A stretch of DNA of 60,343 nucleotides, the filler included, from Dugesia japonica (lineage: Eukaryota), in NCBI GenBank assembly GCA_001938525.1. It is 6 parts of 6 records of this genome, joined end to end, with 100 filler letters (N's around TTAATTAATTAA, not from the genome) between each part and the next. Parts side by side here need not be neighbours in the genome. Positions count along the whole stretch, not along the records: positions 10,133 to 20,465 come from MQRL01578712.1; positions 20,566 to 32,066 come from MQRL01644618.1; 4 more parts are not named here. One strand, written 5' to 3'. Made by a program: the position numbers and the translations under genes. Position 1 is the first letter of the stretch. Every line of letters starts with the position of its first letter. The notes under the pieces are model-generated. The model saw only the letters and a list, made by a program, of their open reading frames with translations. It had not been told where the DNA came from and ran no database searches. Shown here piece by piece: positions 13,241 to 25,740 of the stretch.

Positions 13241-16200
13241 CTTTTCGTTTTCTTGAATCTTTCGTAGAATTTACTTCATTAATTGACTATAAATAATAAA
13301 CATAACTAAAGAACATTTATAATAAATTAATATACATTGAAAAATTTTTTCAAAATATGAGATTCCAAAGCCCCTTTATCGATTACTTTTAAAAGTCTAA
13401 GAAATTAATAAAAATATTTCAAGATAACTAAATATAACCCCTTATTTTTAGTTTTTCTTTTGGGATTAACTAAAACTCCTTCTTTAATCAAAGTATGAAA
13501 TATTCCTTTACCAACATTTCCTTCAACCCCTAATATGTCACATAATTGTTCAGGTTCAATAACCTCAAATGATCTGCAATACATAATCGCTCTACGGATC
13601 AAACATAGCTCCTAAATGTTATATAAAAATAGAATAGCATTAAAAAGTTTATAACTTGTCTATCCTCAATATTTGCGTTCTTCAATTTGACATCAGTAGG
13701 AATAAGCTCTAAATTCTTAATAAAATTAAAATACTTTCACTTCTTAATTTAAATAAATATCTAAATTTAAACTAAATCTATTATCCTGTAAATATTAACA
13801 ATGACTCTCAATTAGATGCCATTAATCCCCCAAGATCACTTAATTTTTTAAGATATGTTTCTTACAAAATTTGTGAGCTATACTTTTTGTATTCAGTTAA
13901 AAATCATTTCTCTGTACATTGTTTCCGCTATATATTGTCCATGATGAAATAGATAGTCAATTTTGATATTAAAATAGTGTATTAATTTTATATTTGTAAT
14001 ATGAATTCCGATTTTTGCATCATCAATACTTTTCTTTGAAACATAGATTCCTTTATAATTTGTTTCACGTCTACATTTAATACATGTTTCTTTTCTAATA
14101 AATCTCATTCCATCATCTGTGGACGTTGATACCATCACTATTGGAGTTCTCGTTTTGAGAGGTGTAATTCGGTAAAGAATCATAATATTAAAGTAATTTT
14201 GAGTATTTGGTTTAGATAACTTTGTACATGTTTGTTCTGAAATCAAAATAAAATTGCTCTAAATTGTTTCTTACCATTATACCTTGAACAGCTTAAAATA
14301 AACTCTGACAAATATAAATTTAATATATTAAAGCACTGTGATTCAAACTGTGTTTCACGTAATAGTGCAGTTCAACAAATGTTCGATAGGATTCCATAAA
14401 CACATAAAATATTCATATAAATGATAAAAATAAGTAAATGAATTTTATATTATACACATTTTGCTCTTAAAGAACAAAGTAGTGTTTATGAAATGAAATT
14501 TTAACTGTCACAGAATAACGAAAGTTGATACATTTGACGAATTAATAAAAGTTAGATTCCTGATACAGTTGATCAAAAATACTTAATCGATTTAAATATC
14601 ATAAAGTTATATCTTAGAAATGGTAGACAAACGTGTAAAATAATAAAGTAAAATAAAAATTTAAAAGCTTGGTTTGATTTTCACACAAATTTTAACAGAA
14701 TTTAATAATATTAAATTTGAAAAATATTTAACCCTTAAATGCATATATGATACATGATTTTTAAAAAATGATTCCAGTGCTATTATGGGACTTACCTAAA
14801 CTAATCCTCATAGGAAATGTGAATCAGTGTATGTACAATGTTTATTTCTAGTATTTCACCACTAGGCGGCATTTATATGAAATTTTGGAAAAGTAAGATG
14901 ACGCCAGCAAAAGAAATCCATTTATTTTTTAAAGAAAAAGTAAGAAATCGTCCAATTAACGGTTAATTATTAATTTATTAAAATTTACAAAAATAGATTT
15001 TACTTTTCTAAACTAAAATTAAAAAATTTTTAACAACTTATGAATTTCAATAATTTATAAAGAATTTTATCAAACCTTGAAAATTTTTTCTAGGCATGAA
15101 CTAATTCTTACAATATCAAGGAATGCTATTTTACATTACAAACACTAAAGGATCATTTTAATTATGCAAAACCACATGATTCGAATACAATTTAAGGTAT
15201 CAATTTTATTAGAAAAAGGTTATCCGTTTTACTTTTAAATATTTGTCATCTTTGTTATTAAATTTTGTTAAAATTATTTTGTTTTAAATTAGACACATTC
15301 CACCGGTTTGGCGAATAAGAATGTTAGAGATTTTCTTAAATATAAAATATTTTTTACATAATTATAAAACATTTCCCTCATAAATAACACACTTCTGAAA
15401 AATATATAACATTATATTATGAATTTATGTTTATTGTATAAAACAAAGGAACTTAAGAATAATAATCCACATTAGAAAAATTATTTTTCAATATCTAATT
15501 TATTATTATTTATTTAATTAGATCATGACTGAAACAAAGAACTGTATTAAAAGAAACAATACTATTAGTGCGAAAACATTTGGCACGTCTATTAACTTTG
15601 AAACTTATCTCTGAAAAAGCTGAAATATCAATTAATTTCACAAGAAATTTATGTGAAATATCTAAAGCGATGTCTAATGATGAAATTTGATGCCAAAAAA
15701 GTAAGGTTAAACAATATCAATCAGCATTAAAATTAAGAATTAGAAGAAAGAGATGTGTCACACTCTTAGTTCCAGTAAGCATGTATTAACTTCATTTGGT
15801 TTTGTTGTAACTATTTCGATAATTTCGAGGTATTTAAAACATCCTGATTTTAATAAAGTCTTTCTTTGATTCCTCAAGAACGAAATTCTATTCGCAATAT
15901 TGCCAACGAGTAAATCAAATACCAAATTAGACTTGTTTTTCTAGATGAAACTAGATTCAATTTACATTGTGAAAAACACTGAATATTCAATGAATACAAA
16001 ATTTTTTTAAGCATATCGTGACAAACATAATAATTTAATGTTTGTCATTAATGATACTGGAATAGTTGCCAGAGATCTAATAATTGGTGCTTATAATTGT
16101 GATTTATCCATTGATTTCATTAATAATAAATTAACATCAAATCCAATCCAAATGATGTTCTCATTTTAGATAACGTGAAATTAAACCGTCGATGTGATGT

Positions 16201-18424
16201 TATCTCACTTCTAAATGCTTTATACTTAAATCATCGCTTTCTACCGCCAAATTCATTTCAGCTCAGCCCAATTGAAGAACATTTTAGATGGCTTAAATCA
16301 AGATATACCTTAATTCGACCAAGTCTGAAAATAACGTACAATTGAGAGAAAGAGTTGATATGATTGGAGTAATTTTGAAAAATTTAAAATTAATCAAATG
16401 CTTATACTTACAGATTTAAGTTCTTCAATAATTTGGTCGTCTAAAAAACAACTCTTCCTAATCAAAATCAAAGTTTATTTATGATAAAATTAAGTTTAAT
16501 AAATACTTAAAACTTGAATTTATTTTGACGTTTTTTAAAATTATATTTCATAAATTAAAGTTGATATTTATATACAGTGGGGCCTCTCAAAAGTAACCAT
16601 TTTATCGGTTGTGGTCACTTATGGGATTTCGCTATATTTAAAGTACCAAAAAGTAAGTAAACTTAAGTATTTTATGAAACAATATTTTAGTGTAAAAATG
16701 GTGACAGCAATGCAGTTAAAAACTTATGAAGAATAATACTAATCGAAATATAAACAATTTTAAAATATTTATCAATAATTTGCGATGCAATAATAAGGAC
16801 TTTATTAAAATTATCTGATTAATATAAATATAATTTATATATCTGAATCTGTTTAATGAGAATAAACAATTCGCTTTAATAAAATAACTTACCAAGTCCG
16901 CGCATGTATCGCAAATATGAACTTCAGGAACTAAGTCTTCTTCCATTATAGCAAAGCAAATTGAATGTTGCCAATTCTTGCAAATTTCACACATAATCAT
17001 TATTCCATCATCCTTAATTTAAATAAATATTTATGAAATATTAACAAAACTTTGTTTCCGCCACAAGGACACCTGACAATAAATTCCTCCTCATGGGCAA
17101 TATTTCTACTAGTTGATGTAATTTTACTGATATTGTTGCTTTTAGTTGGAGTTTCTTTAACTGAATCTGCCCCAGACTTTTAAAATATCAATTTTATTGA
17201 ATCTTATAAACATTACTTTTTTATTATTAATTTTGGAACTTTTTACATAATTTTCAGTGAAGGACACTTTATCAGTTCTTAAAATCATTCGGAAACTGAA
17301 TAAATAAATAATCGAATAACATTACAAACATAACAAAACTAATTTTATTTAATCATACCTGTGAAAATCCTTCAAATTATTACAAATAAGTATTACTATT
17401 TAGATGTTTAACTTACAGTTTCCACGTGTCCAAGTTTGGCATTAATAGTTTCTGTTTCATGTCTGAAGCCAGCATAGTCACAAGATCGAAAGCCATTTGG
17501 CTCATAATTATCCGGTGTCACTTTTAAAAATATATTTACTAAATTAAAATAAATTAAACTTACCTTCATCATAATATAACAATTTCATAGTTACAATAAC
17601 TTTCTCAGGTAAGGGGTCTTGAGTATTACCAGCTAGAATCATAGTACGAAGCAAACTTATTGTAGCTTTTTTTATTTTTTCCGGCACTTCATCATTACTT
17701 ATTACAGCATTTAATTCTGATCTTTAATTATGTAATAATCAAATTACAAAAATAAATAGCTACTCAGTTTCCTTATTATCAATTTTAATAGAAACTGAAT
17801 CCTGCCCATAAGTAAATTTAAAGGAATATGATTCTATAACTGTCTATTAGGCTATAAATTTTCAAAAAAAATAATTTAACGTTACATCGGGATCTTCAAA
17901 ATCAGTATAAAACCCGATGATAACAGTTTTGAGCTAAATCTGATATAAATAAAAAATATTATTAAAGGCATACGTAATGCCGATCCAATGCATCGAAACA
18001 ACCACGGACCCAATTAATGACTTTAGCCGCACCAGGGCACTTGCTGTCTTCTCTTAAAATTTTAAGTTTAATGCCTAACACCTCAATAAATTACATTTTT
18101 ATTAAAATACAAACACCTTCAAGTTGTTTATCAAAGAAAGCATATTCGGGGAAAATAGATCTGATGTATACTATATTAGATATGGCAACAGCAAATAATT
18201 TTTTCATGAAGACCAAACTTTGCTGTTCTGATTTAAAAATTGTGGGAAATAGTTTAGACCACTAGTATCATTAATTTCAAAAAAACTATAAATTATTTAA
18301 CCAACCGTTTTTTCTTTTGTTATAACTGCTACGGGCATTTTCTTTTTAGTCACAATGGCGGTTAAGAACTAAAACAAAAGTAAAAAAGTAAAGCATTATA
18401 TTAATTATAGAAAATTTATACCAT
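13241..18424 (-). CDS. HORMAD: Meiotic HORMA-domain protein (Hop1/HORMAD family) with PHD finger and winged-helix region; multi-exon, 3' end uncertain
   Basis: Manually spliced exons read WSKLFP...SLVFMKKLFAVAISNIVYIRSIFPEYAF...LKILREDSKCPGAAKVINWVRGCFDAL...IESYSFKFTY...LLRTM...PLPEKVIVTMKLLYYDEVTPDNYEPNGF (HORMA). Then VRCPCG...MIMCEICKNWQHSICF...HICDTC (PHD) and ELCLIRRAIMYC...LGVEGNVGKGIFHTLIKEGVL (wHTH-like). GT-AG introns are mostly 40-47 nt, plus one ~3.2 kb intron (~13716-16892). Confidence 0.92.
15520..16380 (+). mobile_element. Degenerate IS630/Tc1-like transposase inside the large HORMAD intron
   Basis: LVFLDETRFNL, ILDNVK and FLPPNSFQLSPIEE motifs, broken by frameshifts. Confidence 0.75.
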
Positions 18425-18744
18425 TTATTAAATTATATTATTTTGAAATTTTAAGCATTTCTTAAAAAATATCATTAGTTTCTTCGGATTTAACTGTCAT
18501 ATTAAATAAATTATTTACACAAGAAAGTTTATTATATCACATTAAATTTCATAAAATTCATTATAACGGGAATATTTTTAATGGTTTTAATTTTATATAA
18601 AATATATTTTAAATATTGTTTTAAATTAAAAAAAATAATTTATTAAACATATTTATATATAGAAAATAATTGTAAATTGACATTTTAATGCTATTTGTAA
18701 AATATCAGCAGTTTTGCAATCAAATAAATATTAAAATAAAAGGT

Positions 18745-18997
18745 TTTCAACATGAACATACGTGTCCAACAGGAATTTATTGTCCAGAACAAAATTAGTA
18801 AAATGTGATAACTGTGGTATGTTTAATATACAAAACAATATTTACAAAATTGCGGAAAATAGAATAGTTCAATTTGCCATGAATTTTACACACCATTATT
18901 TAAAATGTTATATCAAAAATGACAAATTTAATTGACAATTATATATTCTTCGACTTTGAAGCAACACAAGAACATAATGGCTACCATGATATGAATA
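18745..18997 (+). pseudogene. Protein-primed DNA polymerase B fragment (Polinton-type, exonuclease motif I)
   Basis: A Cys/His-rich segment is followed by YIFFDFEATQEHNGYHDMN (Exo I pattern YIFxDFEx.Q...H..N). The fragment is cut off by a short repeat element at ~19000. Confidence 0.55.
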
Positions 18998-19000
18998 TAG

Positions 19001-19120
19001 ATAGAGACTTCAATTCGAGTATCGAATACTCGAGCATAGTCGCCCATTTTTCAAGTACTCGAGTAATACTCGTAAAAACTTTTCACAGTGTTGAAAACCC
19101 TGCATCTTGATACTTGAATG
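19001..19120. repeat. End of a hAT-like MITE with clustered TACTCGA subterminal motifs
   Basis: Begins TAGAGA, followed by repeated TCGAGTA/TACTCGA motifs in both orientations. Confidence 0.4.
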
Positions 19121-19887
19121 AGATCTGATAAATAAAATATCAGTAAATCTCATTTATATATTTTTCGTTATGTTGGGCTGAAACAGCCTTTTGTGAAATA
19201 TGAAAAACAGTGAAGGAAATTAATTAAAGGTTAATAAGAAAATGAATAAGAAAATAATAAGAAATAAAATAAATATTAATCTATGAAATGATTATAAAAT
19301 AATAATAACTGAAGTTAAAAGTCTAAGAAATATCGAACAAAATCTAGGATAAAACAATNAAAAGAAAATAAAGTTGTAAAAAGCTGTCGAGAAAACGAAA
19401 AATTGATTAAATATTAAAATATACAATAATTGAAGATAATCAAGAATTAGATGGCTAAGGTAAAATGTCCTCAGAAAATAAGTCAAAGTGATCGAAAAGA
19501 AGAATGTCAATAAAACCAAGAATATCTATTATTATTTATAATTTGTATAAATGTGTTGAAAGTATCCATGTATTAAAAATGAAATTATATTNNNNNNNNN
19601 NNNNNNNNNNNNNNNNNNNNNNNNNNNNNNNNNNNNNNNNNTGAAATTATATTGATGAGAGAAAAAGAAAGATTAAAACAAATAATTATATTGAAATATT
19701 TTGATATTTTAGAAATTATAGGAGGAAAAGCAGAATAAATCATCATGATCATTATAAATAATAAAAAACTAGATTATGAGTCAGGTTTAAGCACAAGAAT
19801 TGTATTATTATTATAATTTTATGAAAAATATAAAAATGTGAAATTATTATTATTATTATCGATAAATATAATTAAAATTATTATTAT

Positions 19888-20335
19888 TCAAAAGATATTA
19901 TTGTTGGGGTGGAACACCCCTAAAGTAGAAAAATAAAGCAATGGAAGAAATAATAAAAAGAAATTAAAAAGGCCATGGCAAGGACCGTACGAGGTAATCG
20001 AGGTAACAGAAACCATTCTCAAAATGTGAAGAAAGGGAAACTTACTAGAGAAACCCAAGATATACCACGCCAACTTATGTAAGAAGGCGGCGGCAACAGA
20101 AGTAGTCACACCAGCACCAGGCACTGAGACCACCGCGACAGACCGGAAAGGGCCAGGGCGGCCACGTAAGTCAGATAAAATGGATTTAAACATTTCCCAC
20201 AGTTATCCATTACGATCACAGCAAGCCATGACGGTGCTCAGTAAAACACTAATACCTCCTTTGCCAAAGGGTAAAGGAACCACGATAAATAAAAACGGTC
20301 TCAGCGAGGATGCTGACTTTGAAGAAAACGGGTAA
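19888..20335 (+). mobile_element. Gypsy integrase C-terminus (GPY module) with an AT-hook-like tail
   Basis: The plus frame reads KKLKRPWQGPYEVIEV...YHANLCKK...RKGPGRPRK...YPLRS. Confidence 0.75.
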
Positions 20336-21299
20336 GGATTAATACCGGGTAAAGAGAACTTAATAAAACAAGAAACGGGCCTACCTACCGAAAATTTAGA
20401 GAGTACAGAATCAGAATATGATTTAGCTAATCATAAAGAAAATAATATGAAACGAGAAATTAAAANNNNNNNNNNNNNNNNNNNNNNNNNNNNNNNNNNN
20501 NNNNNNNNNTTAATTAATTAANNNNNNNNNNNNNNNNNNNNNNNNNNNNNNNNNNNNNNNNNNNNTAAGTATAAAAATTATTTTGTTAAATAAAATATTA
20601 TTTTATCATATTAAAAACTATTAAAATAAAATGCTTTTTCTCGTTAAAATAATAATCATAATCATAACCTTGAATCAATTTTAAATTTAAATTGCTGGCT
20701 GTACGCTAGGAATCAATGCAATAAGAAGCCACTATCTGATGTAATAGGGAACAAAATTATATCAAAATACGAATCGGGAAAATCAAATATAGATATAAGC
20801 ATGGACCTTGAAGTAAAATATGAAACTGTTAGGAGTGTAATAAACACGTTTAAGAAGTTTACAAGAATATATTCTATTACGAAACGAGCAAAAAGTCAAA
20901 CAATTTACATCAGATTTTGAGAATTTTATAATAACAAAAATCAGCGAAGATTGCTCAATTATTCTAAAATCAATCAAAAGTTTATTATGTGATATTAAAG
21001 AAATCAGTGTATCGATTTCGACAATCGAAATGGTGACATGGTTTTTTATTTGACGAAATAGTTAATTTATGTGAAACATATTTTCACATTTTCAAAAATA
21101 AACTACATTTTATCAAAATTGATTCACATTGATTAATACAATTAGTATTAATATTTATTCTTTTTCGCCACATGCAAAGCTTTAGTGAAAATGGTATCAC
21201 GAAAANNAACTGAAATAATGACTCAAACAACTCAGTTGATCATAACGCGGAAAGGTATATACGAAGATTTTGAATGATAACACTGCAAATTCTATCATA

Positions 21300-22150
21300 T
21301 TTGTTAACTATGGTGGTATGTCAATAAAAGAGACCGCATTAAAATGAAGAATATTATATACTAATGCAAAGAAAATAATGTCAAATTTTAGGAGAAATAA
21401 TAATGAAAACATTACAATTTCAATCGGTTTCTCGAATTTACATGGCCATTCATCTTTTATTGATGGTAATTTATTACGAACCGTTGAAAGTATAATTGAA
21501 TAAAATAATTTAATTACTTTGAGAGAAATTAAAGCCATTGTTTTTGAAAAAATAAAAAAAAATATCAAGAAATTGTTAGATCCAGTAAACTCGCCAAAAA
21601 GCATTAGAAAAATTTTCAATTTACACTTTATTTGAAATCTAATTCACTAGCTGATAAGAGTAAATGTATTTTTGTTGGTGAATCGTGATTTAACCTTCAT
21701 ATAAGATGGAGTTGAGCACGATCATCCCAACGCAATCGTGCAACAATCTTACTTCCTACGATAAGAGAAAGAAATCAAGCAATAATTCTAGCGGGTTATC
21801 AAACATCCATTATTCATTATAAAATCATAAGTGCATTAACTTGCAACGGCGTGATTTTTCCTGTGTTCATTAGTAAATATTATAGGAACTAATATGAAGG
21901 GATCGTGTATTTTAATGGATAATGCTAGAATTCATTGACGTAAAAATATCATTTTCTCGAATGGTTTTTTAATTAAATGTCTATCATCATATTTGTACAT
22001 GTTAAATCCAGTTGAGAATATTTTTTAAAAAATGAAAATTAATGTTAGATCACCTGTAAACAATTCTATGTTGCAAGACGAAGAAATTGATAATTTAATT
22101 ATTAATACAACAAATTCATTTCAACAGTCGATGGTGTCAATTAAATGATC
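21300..22150 (+). mobile_element. Degenerate IS630/Tc1-like transposase
   Basis: CIFVGES*FNLH, LMDNARIH and LNPVENIF motifs. Confidence 0.75.
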
Positions 22151-22399
22151 CATATAACGAATAACATTTCGCTGGTTTAAGAAATTTCGAAATTAAGTAA
22201 ACCATATATTTAAAATCTTGTTAACTAGGATATTTTAAATTTTTAACAACCTCAGTTAACGATTTTTTCTGTTTATCTTGCTATTTAATGATCTTATACT
22301 AAGTGTGAATTAATTGTGAAATAAATGTGATTTATTTTTGATAATTTATTAATTTTAAAAAAATGTAAATCATTTTCGAAAAAGGCTATATATTTATAT

Positions 22400-22920
22400 A
22401 TCTATCACCAATATTGCCTGGAAACTGCTTCCTCATCCGCCATATTCTCCCACAGAAGCCTATACGGCTTCGAGCCAGATAGACATCGCTGTTGATATTT
22501 AATTGTCGCTTGGTGTTTTTGTCTGGAATCTGCCACTGCTGTAATTCCGTTTGAGATGATTTTCCAGTGTATAATTCTGTTTCTGCCCCACTAAACACAA
22601 CATTACCTACTTATGTGGACGTATTTTGCTATTCATTTGGGTGAAACACCTAGTGAAACACAAACCCTCTTTCTTTTTACGTTTTTGAAGTGAAGCCCAG
22701 ATTCACCCCCAGTAACGAGATTATTCGAGAACGGAATTTGATGGTTTTGCTGCAGCAAATCAGTGAAAATTCTGCATTCTCGGCTTTGCTGTTGTCTGGC
22801 AGTTTGTGGACTATCCATCCAGCTAATTTTTCTATAGTGGGTATAAATCTTATGTGGGGTTATAATTTTATATGATTCATTTCCAAAGTAACCCTTAAGA
22901 TCATTTGGATTGACCACCCA
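22400..22920 (-). mobile_element. Degenerate mariner transposase fragment
   Basis: RKISWM..P.T..QQQSREC...LLQ...FSNNLVTGGESGLHFKN.KRKR, the WVPH-to-IVTGDE region. Confidence 0.65.
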
Positions 22921-23274
22921 TTGTCTAAAATAAAACTTGTTAACTAGAAATAATAAGTATGATAGATAGCAGATTTTAATACTTTTAGAGGTATTAATTG
23001 GGGAGCGTGATTAAAAGAATTATTTTATTTATTGATGTCCTCTCTAATTTCTGCAGAAAATATTCATGTAATTTAAATTTAATAAACATGTCATTCGATA
23101 AATTGTCTTTATTTATAAGACTAATTTTTAGCAATCATTGCTCATATTTTCCCGAAATATAGAGTTATTTGTATTTTGATTAAATAATAAAATATAAGCT
23201 ATTATTATTATTTTATTATTATTNNNNNNNNNNNNNNNNNNNNNNNNNNNNNNNNNNNNNNNNNNNNNNNNNNN

Positions 23275-23312
<38 letters not shown>

Positions 23313-23844
23313 GAAGGAGTAACTATTATAAAGATTCATATTATGTATTTTTGTGTTACAAAAATCTTTAAAAATCATCTTTTGGTCAGATTTCAAGTAT
23401 TTGCGCTCTTTCGTAATTATTACACGTCTTATTGAAATTTTGATATATATGATATATAATGATATATGTTGAAATATATGTTGATACTTAAAATTTATAA
23501 CATTGAAAATTTATACAATCAATAATGTATAAACAAATTAATCACCGTTCAGCTTAATTAGTATTGTAAATCTTAAGATATAGATATCGTGGATTTAACT
23601 ATTAATTACGCACTATTCTATCAAATTAGGCCAAAGTCGTGGTTGCATAAAATTACATTTTAAATGGTTTTTGATAAGGCTTACGTTTTGGTTGGTCAGA
23701 TTACCAAGGAAATATGTTATTAGTATTTCGAATTATTTAAAGTTTATGTAAAATATTTATTTCTCTTAGATTGTTGTCTGAAATATTAATAGTTGCTATT
23801 ATTGTATTTCTTTTCATATTTTCCCATCCATATCCTTCTTGCAA

Positions 23845-24075
23845 TTATAATTATTGCGAGAATAATTGTTGCACTTAACCATGATCGTAGTTGAGATTTC
23901 CTTAAATTAAAATCTTCGATCAAAATATTGTTTTTCTTTTTTATATATTATTTTAGTACTTGATAGTTCTTGACTTCAATTCCTGACAAAGACAAAGTCG
24001 AAAATTCGAAATACTATCAAGAACTAAAAAAATAAATATAAAAAAGAAAAACAATATTTTTTATCGAAGGTTTTT
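23845..24075. repeat. Inverted pair of the Penelope-associated repeat forming a ~55-bp-arm hairpin
   Basis: Left arm CTTCGATCAAAATATTGTTTTTCTTTTTTATAT...CTTGATAGT (~23914-23968) pairs with right arm ACTATCAAG...ATATAAAAAAGAAAAACAATATTTTTTATCGAAG (~24013-24069). Confidence 0.75.
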
Positions 24076-24524
24076 ATTCAATTATATATATCTTTATTTT
24101 ATGTTTCCAATTTCTTTGTAAGTTTTCCATTTTGTTAATTCTGTCTTATTTAATTCTTTATTTTATCACTTTAAGTGTTTATAGATGTGCTTATTTTTAT
24201 TGTTACTTTGTTGAAATGGGTTGTAGAATTATTAGACCAGTTTCACTGAAATTAGTTAATGATATTTTTATTGTTTTCATTTATTACTTCATAAAGCTGG
24301 ATTATTTTTTGAAATATTAAAATAAATGACAACTAAAACTATTTCGGTAGCATTTATAAACTATAATTCGATTGAAAACTAATTACCATAAAACGGTTTC
24401 AGAATTATCAATTATAATAATTTACCAATTAATTTAAATATAAAATTCTATTTCAAAAATGTTTCAATGAGTTTTATCGGTTTTAGATNAAATATATAAC
24501 ATTTACTGATCTTTTCATTTTTAT

Positions 24525-24635
24525 TAAAATTAAAAGCTTCGATTAAAATATTGTTTTTCTTTTTTATGTATTTTATTTTTTCAGTTCTTGATAGTATTTT
24601 GAATTTTCGACTTTGTTTCCGCCAGGAATTGAATT
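24525..24635 (-). repeat. Another copy of the same repeat with a degenerate hammerhead motif
   Basis: Minus strand reads TTCAATTC-CTGGCGG-AAACAAAGTC-GAAA...TATC-AAGAACTGAA. Confidence 0.6.
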
Positions 24636-25233
24636 TTTATTCCAAAATGAAAGTATTAATTTTAATATTCCATAATTTCATTTTTATAACTCCATTAATT
24701 ATAATTGCATTTTAAATCTGAATAATGATTACCAAGAGGAAAAAGAAAAGACCCTTTTTTAAATAAAATTGTATTTTTTTATTTGTGGAACTATAAAAAA
24801 ATGAAATCCTTAACATGAAATTATGCATCATTAAAATGAAATTATGGAATCTATAAGATAGTTCTTTGAAAACAGATTTAAATTTTTTGTATTTTAAAAC
24901 GGAATTTATTAAAATCAAATTTGGATGTAAATTTGTATCAGAAAAATAATTTATAAAATAAATTGTAAAATTTAAAGATATTTTAAATAGAATAAAATAT
25001 AAAATTAAATGAATTTAATGTTTTTAGTGTATTTTAAAATTGGATAATAATGGAATTTTAAAATCAAAATATAATTTAAAAAGTATAAAATATAAAATTA
25101 AATGAATGCAAAAGATTTTTAGTATTGAAATTTAAAATAAAAATATGTAGCATTTNNNNNNNNNNNNNNNNNNNNNNNNNNNNNNNNNNNNNNNNNNNNN
25201 NNNNNNNNNNNNNNNNNNNNNNNNNNNNNNNNN

Positions 25234-25740
25234 GCAGCGGTAAACACCGATGCGATCACAGAGAGATTGTTGCCAAAAATATTTTGCAGAGGCGATGATC
25301 TAGAGAAATTTATTAAACGGTGGTAAATATACTTCGAGGCAAAGAATATCGTTGTTAAGAAAGATTAGGAGCGCTGGATAACATGTATGCTTTATGAAGA
25401 TTTAATGGAAGCATATGTGAAAACATTGAAGAAATTTGGCGGATATCGAGAGAGATTGCTGACGAAAGAAAAACTCTTATCAAAAATGCTAATAATTTAT
25501 GCAGATATTAAAAAAGCAGAAGAGATAATCATGCGAAAATGGGAAAAAGTAGAAGATATAAAAGAAACACTATCATTAGTTGAAATAGAAAGAAGAGAAC
25601 CTATTAACGCAGTAAAGAGTTACGCAAGTGTAACGTGGAGAACGTATCGGGGAGTAGACAAAATATCGAGAGAGGTACGACAAGAAAAGAACCACAGTGT
25701 AGGACAGTGTAGGAAGAATGTTTTCGAACATTAATAAACC
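25234..25740 (+). mobile_element. Gypsy gag remnant
   Basis: PBS-like GCAGCGGT at the gap edge, then LLPKIFCRGDDLEKFIKRW*IYFE, similar to the gag at 5190. Confidence 0.55.

Noticed and set aside
18017-18265. Plus-strand 82-aa ORF (also 19888-20193 minus and 55989-56279 plus)
   Set aside because: These are antisense shadows of HORMAD exons, the gypsy integrase tail and pPolB respectively.
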